DNA of 64,000 nucleotides from Lophium mytilinum (Eukaryota): NCBI GenBank assembly GCA_010093605.1, contig MU004181.1, positions 992,001 to 1,056,000 of the forward strand, read 5' to 3'. Shown piece by piece: positions 62,783 to 64,000 of this stretch (position 1 is its first letter; each line of letters starts with the position of its first letter). The notes under the pieces were generated by a model. It saw only the letters and a program-made list of their open reading frames with translations, ran no database searches and was not told where the DNA came from. The position numbers and the translations under genes were made by a program.

Positions 62783-64000
62783 CTAGCCCTGGTATCCGCC
62801 GAAGCCGTTGTTGACTTGTCCGAAGTTGCCCGGGTTGGGCTGGCCCCACTGCTGAGCAGGCTGACCACCGCGACCGTAACCTCCAGCGCTGCCCGGCATT
62901 TGCTGATAAGGTTGGGCCATGCCAGGGCCACCGAAGCCGGCTTGGTTCTGTTGGTAAGGCTGACCACCAGGGCTGGGGCCTATGAAAACGTTAGTACGCG
63001 CTGACATTCCAGCATTCTGTCGGTGCATACCTTGAGGAGACATTGGGCCAGGTCCGTTGTATTGCGGGAAATACGTGCTAGGGGTTTGCGGGAAGGCAGA
63101 GTTCGGCGCACCCTGGGCTGGAGAGTATCCCTCGAATTGGCCAGTCGGAGGACGGTCCTTGCCCCACTATTCCGTTGTAAGTAGTTGCGTACGAAATTAG
63201 AGACAGTCATCAAACTTACGCTGCACTTGAGAGGACGTCCGTTGACGTTGTACCCGCTGAGCTGGCAGATGGCCATAGCGGCATTCTCGTGCGAGTCCAT
63301 CTTGATGAAAGCAAACCCACGGTCCGACTGGAATCGAGTCTCCACGACGTACCCAAAGTTCTGGAAGAGGGGCACCAAGTCGGTTTGGGACGTGTACGGA
63401 GTTAGGTTGCCGACATAGCAGGTCGTCTGCCACTGGGGAGTCTGTTGGACGATCATGTCATAGCTCTGAACGCCGTGGGTCGGGAAGTGATGATGCCCGT
63501 ACGGAGTGGTCGGGGTCATGCCCATGGAGGCCATAGCCTGCTGCTGAGAGATCGAGGGCTGGCCCTTCTGGTTGGCCCAGTTGCAGCGGATGGCGCGCGA
63601 TCCAAGCCATTCGCCATCCATGGAGCTCAAAGCCCGTTCAGCATCGCTGCGATCGCGGAACGCAACAAAACCATAGCCACGGGATCTTCCAGTCTTCATG
63701 TCCCACATGACACGGGCTTCGGAGACGGGGCCGAAAGTTGAGAAGGCTTGGAGCAGGACCTCATCGTTGACCTCGTTGGAGAGATCGCCAACGAAGATGT
63801 GGAAGTGGTTCGAGGTGTCCTCTTTGGTCGTGTTATTGGACTGGTAGGCCCAGTTGACGCGGATTTCCTGCTCTGTTTAGCTCATGGCTTGAAGCGCATC
63901 GGGAGCTGACATACCGTGTTGTGGACACGACGACCGTTGAGAGTCTGCATCGCGCGTTCGGCCGCAGCTGGATCGTCGTACTCGACAAAGCCGTAATTGA
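62783..64000 (-). CDS. PUB1: Poly(U)-binding RRM protein Pub1 (TIA-1 family); 5' end outside the window
   Basis: YGFVEY, IRVNWAYQ, HFHIFVGDLS, MWDMKTGRSRGYGFVAF, IRCNWANQK, a third RRM and a Q/G/N-rich tail. Confidence 0.95.

Noticed and set aside
1..64000. Transposons, RIP-degraded repeats, CRISPR arrays, rRNA
   Set aside because: No transposase/RT motifs, terminal repeats, long AT-rich blocks or rRNA signatures were seen.

Overview
Gene-dense, intron-rich DNA from a filamentous ascomycete (Pezizomycotina-type GT/GC-AG introns with CTRAY branch points). There are about 24 protein-coding genes. Housekeeping genes: LSM4, NAM9, La/LHP1, ACH1, Whi5-like, BMS1, PDH/BCKD kinase, POL3, PUB1. Others: BTB, SDR, Myb, L-domain, I9 inhibitor, GH43, amidase, DUF3431 and F-box proteins. 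The most striking observation is a tRNA gene (751-888, minus) that forms a proper tRNA-Val(AAC) only if a 57-nt spliceosomal-type intron (GTAGGT...TACTAAT...CAG) is removed from between anticodon-loop positions 32 and 33, in addition to a 7-nt canonical tRNA intron. Also notable: (1) a putative immune island with a HET protein and a ZnF-NB-ARC-TPR NLR head-to-head with a HeLo-like/kinase-like gene; (2) a thymine-salvage pair (T7H plus IDCase) with an extra AsaB/CmcJ-type oxygenase beside it; (3) three GC-AG first introns; (4) a membrane-protein gene with an in-frame stop. All calls come from reading the sequence by eye and no searches were run. CDS coordinates include introns.
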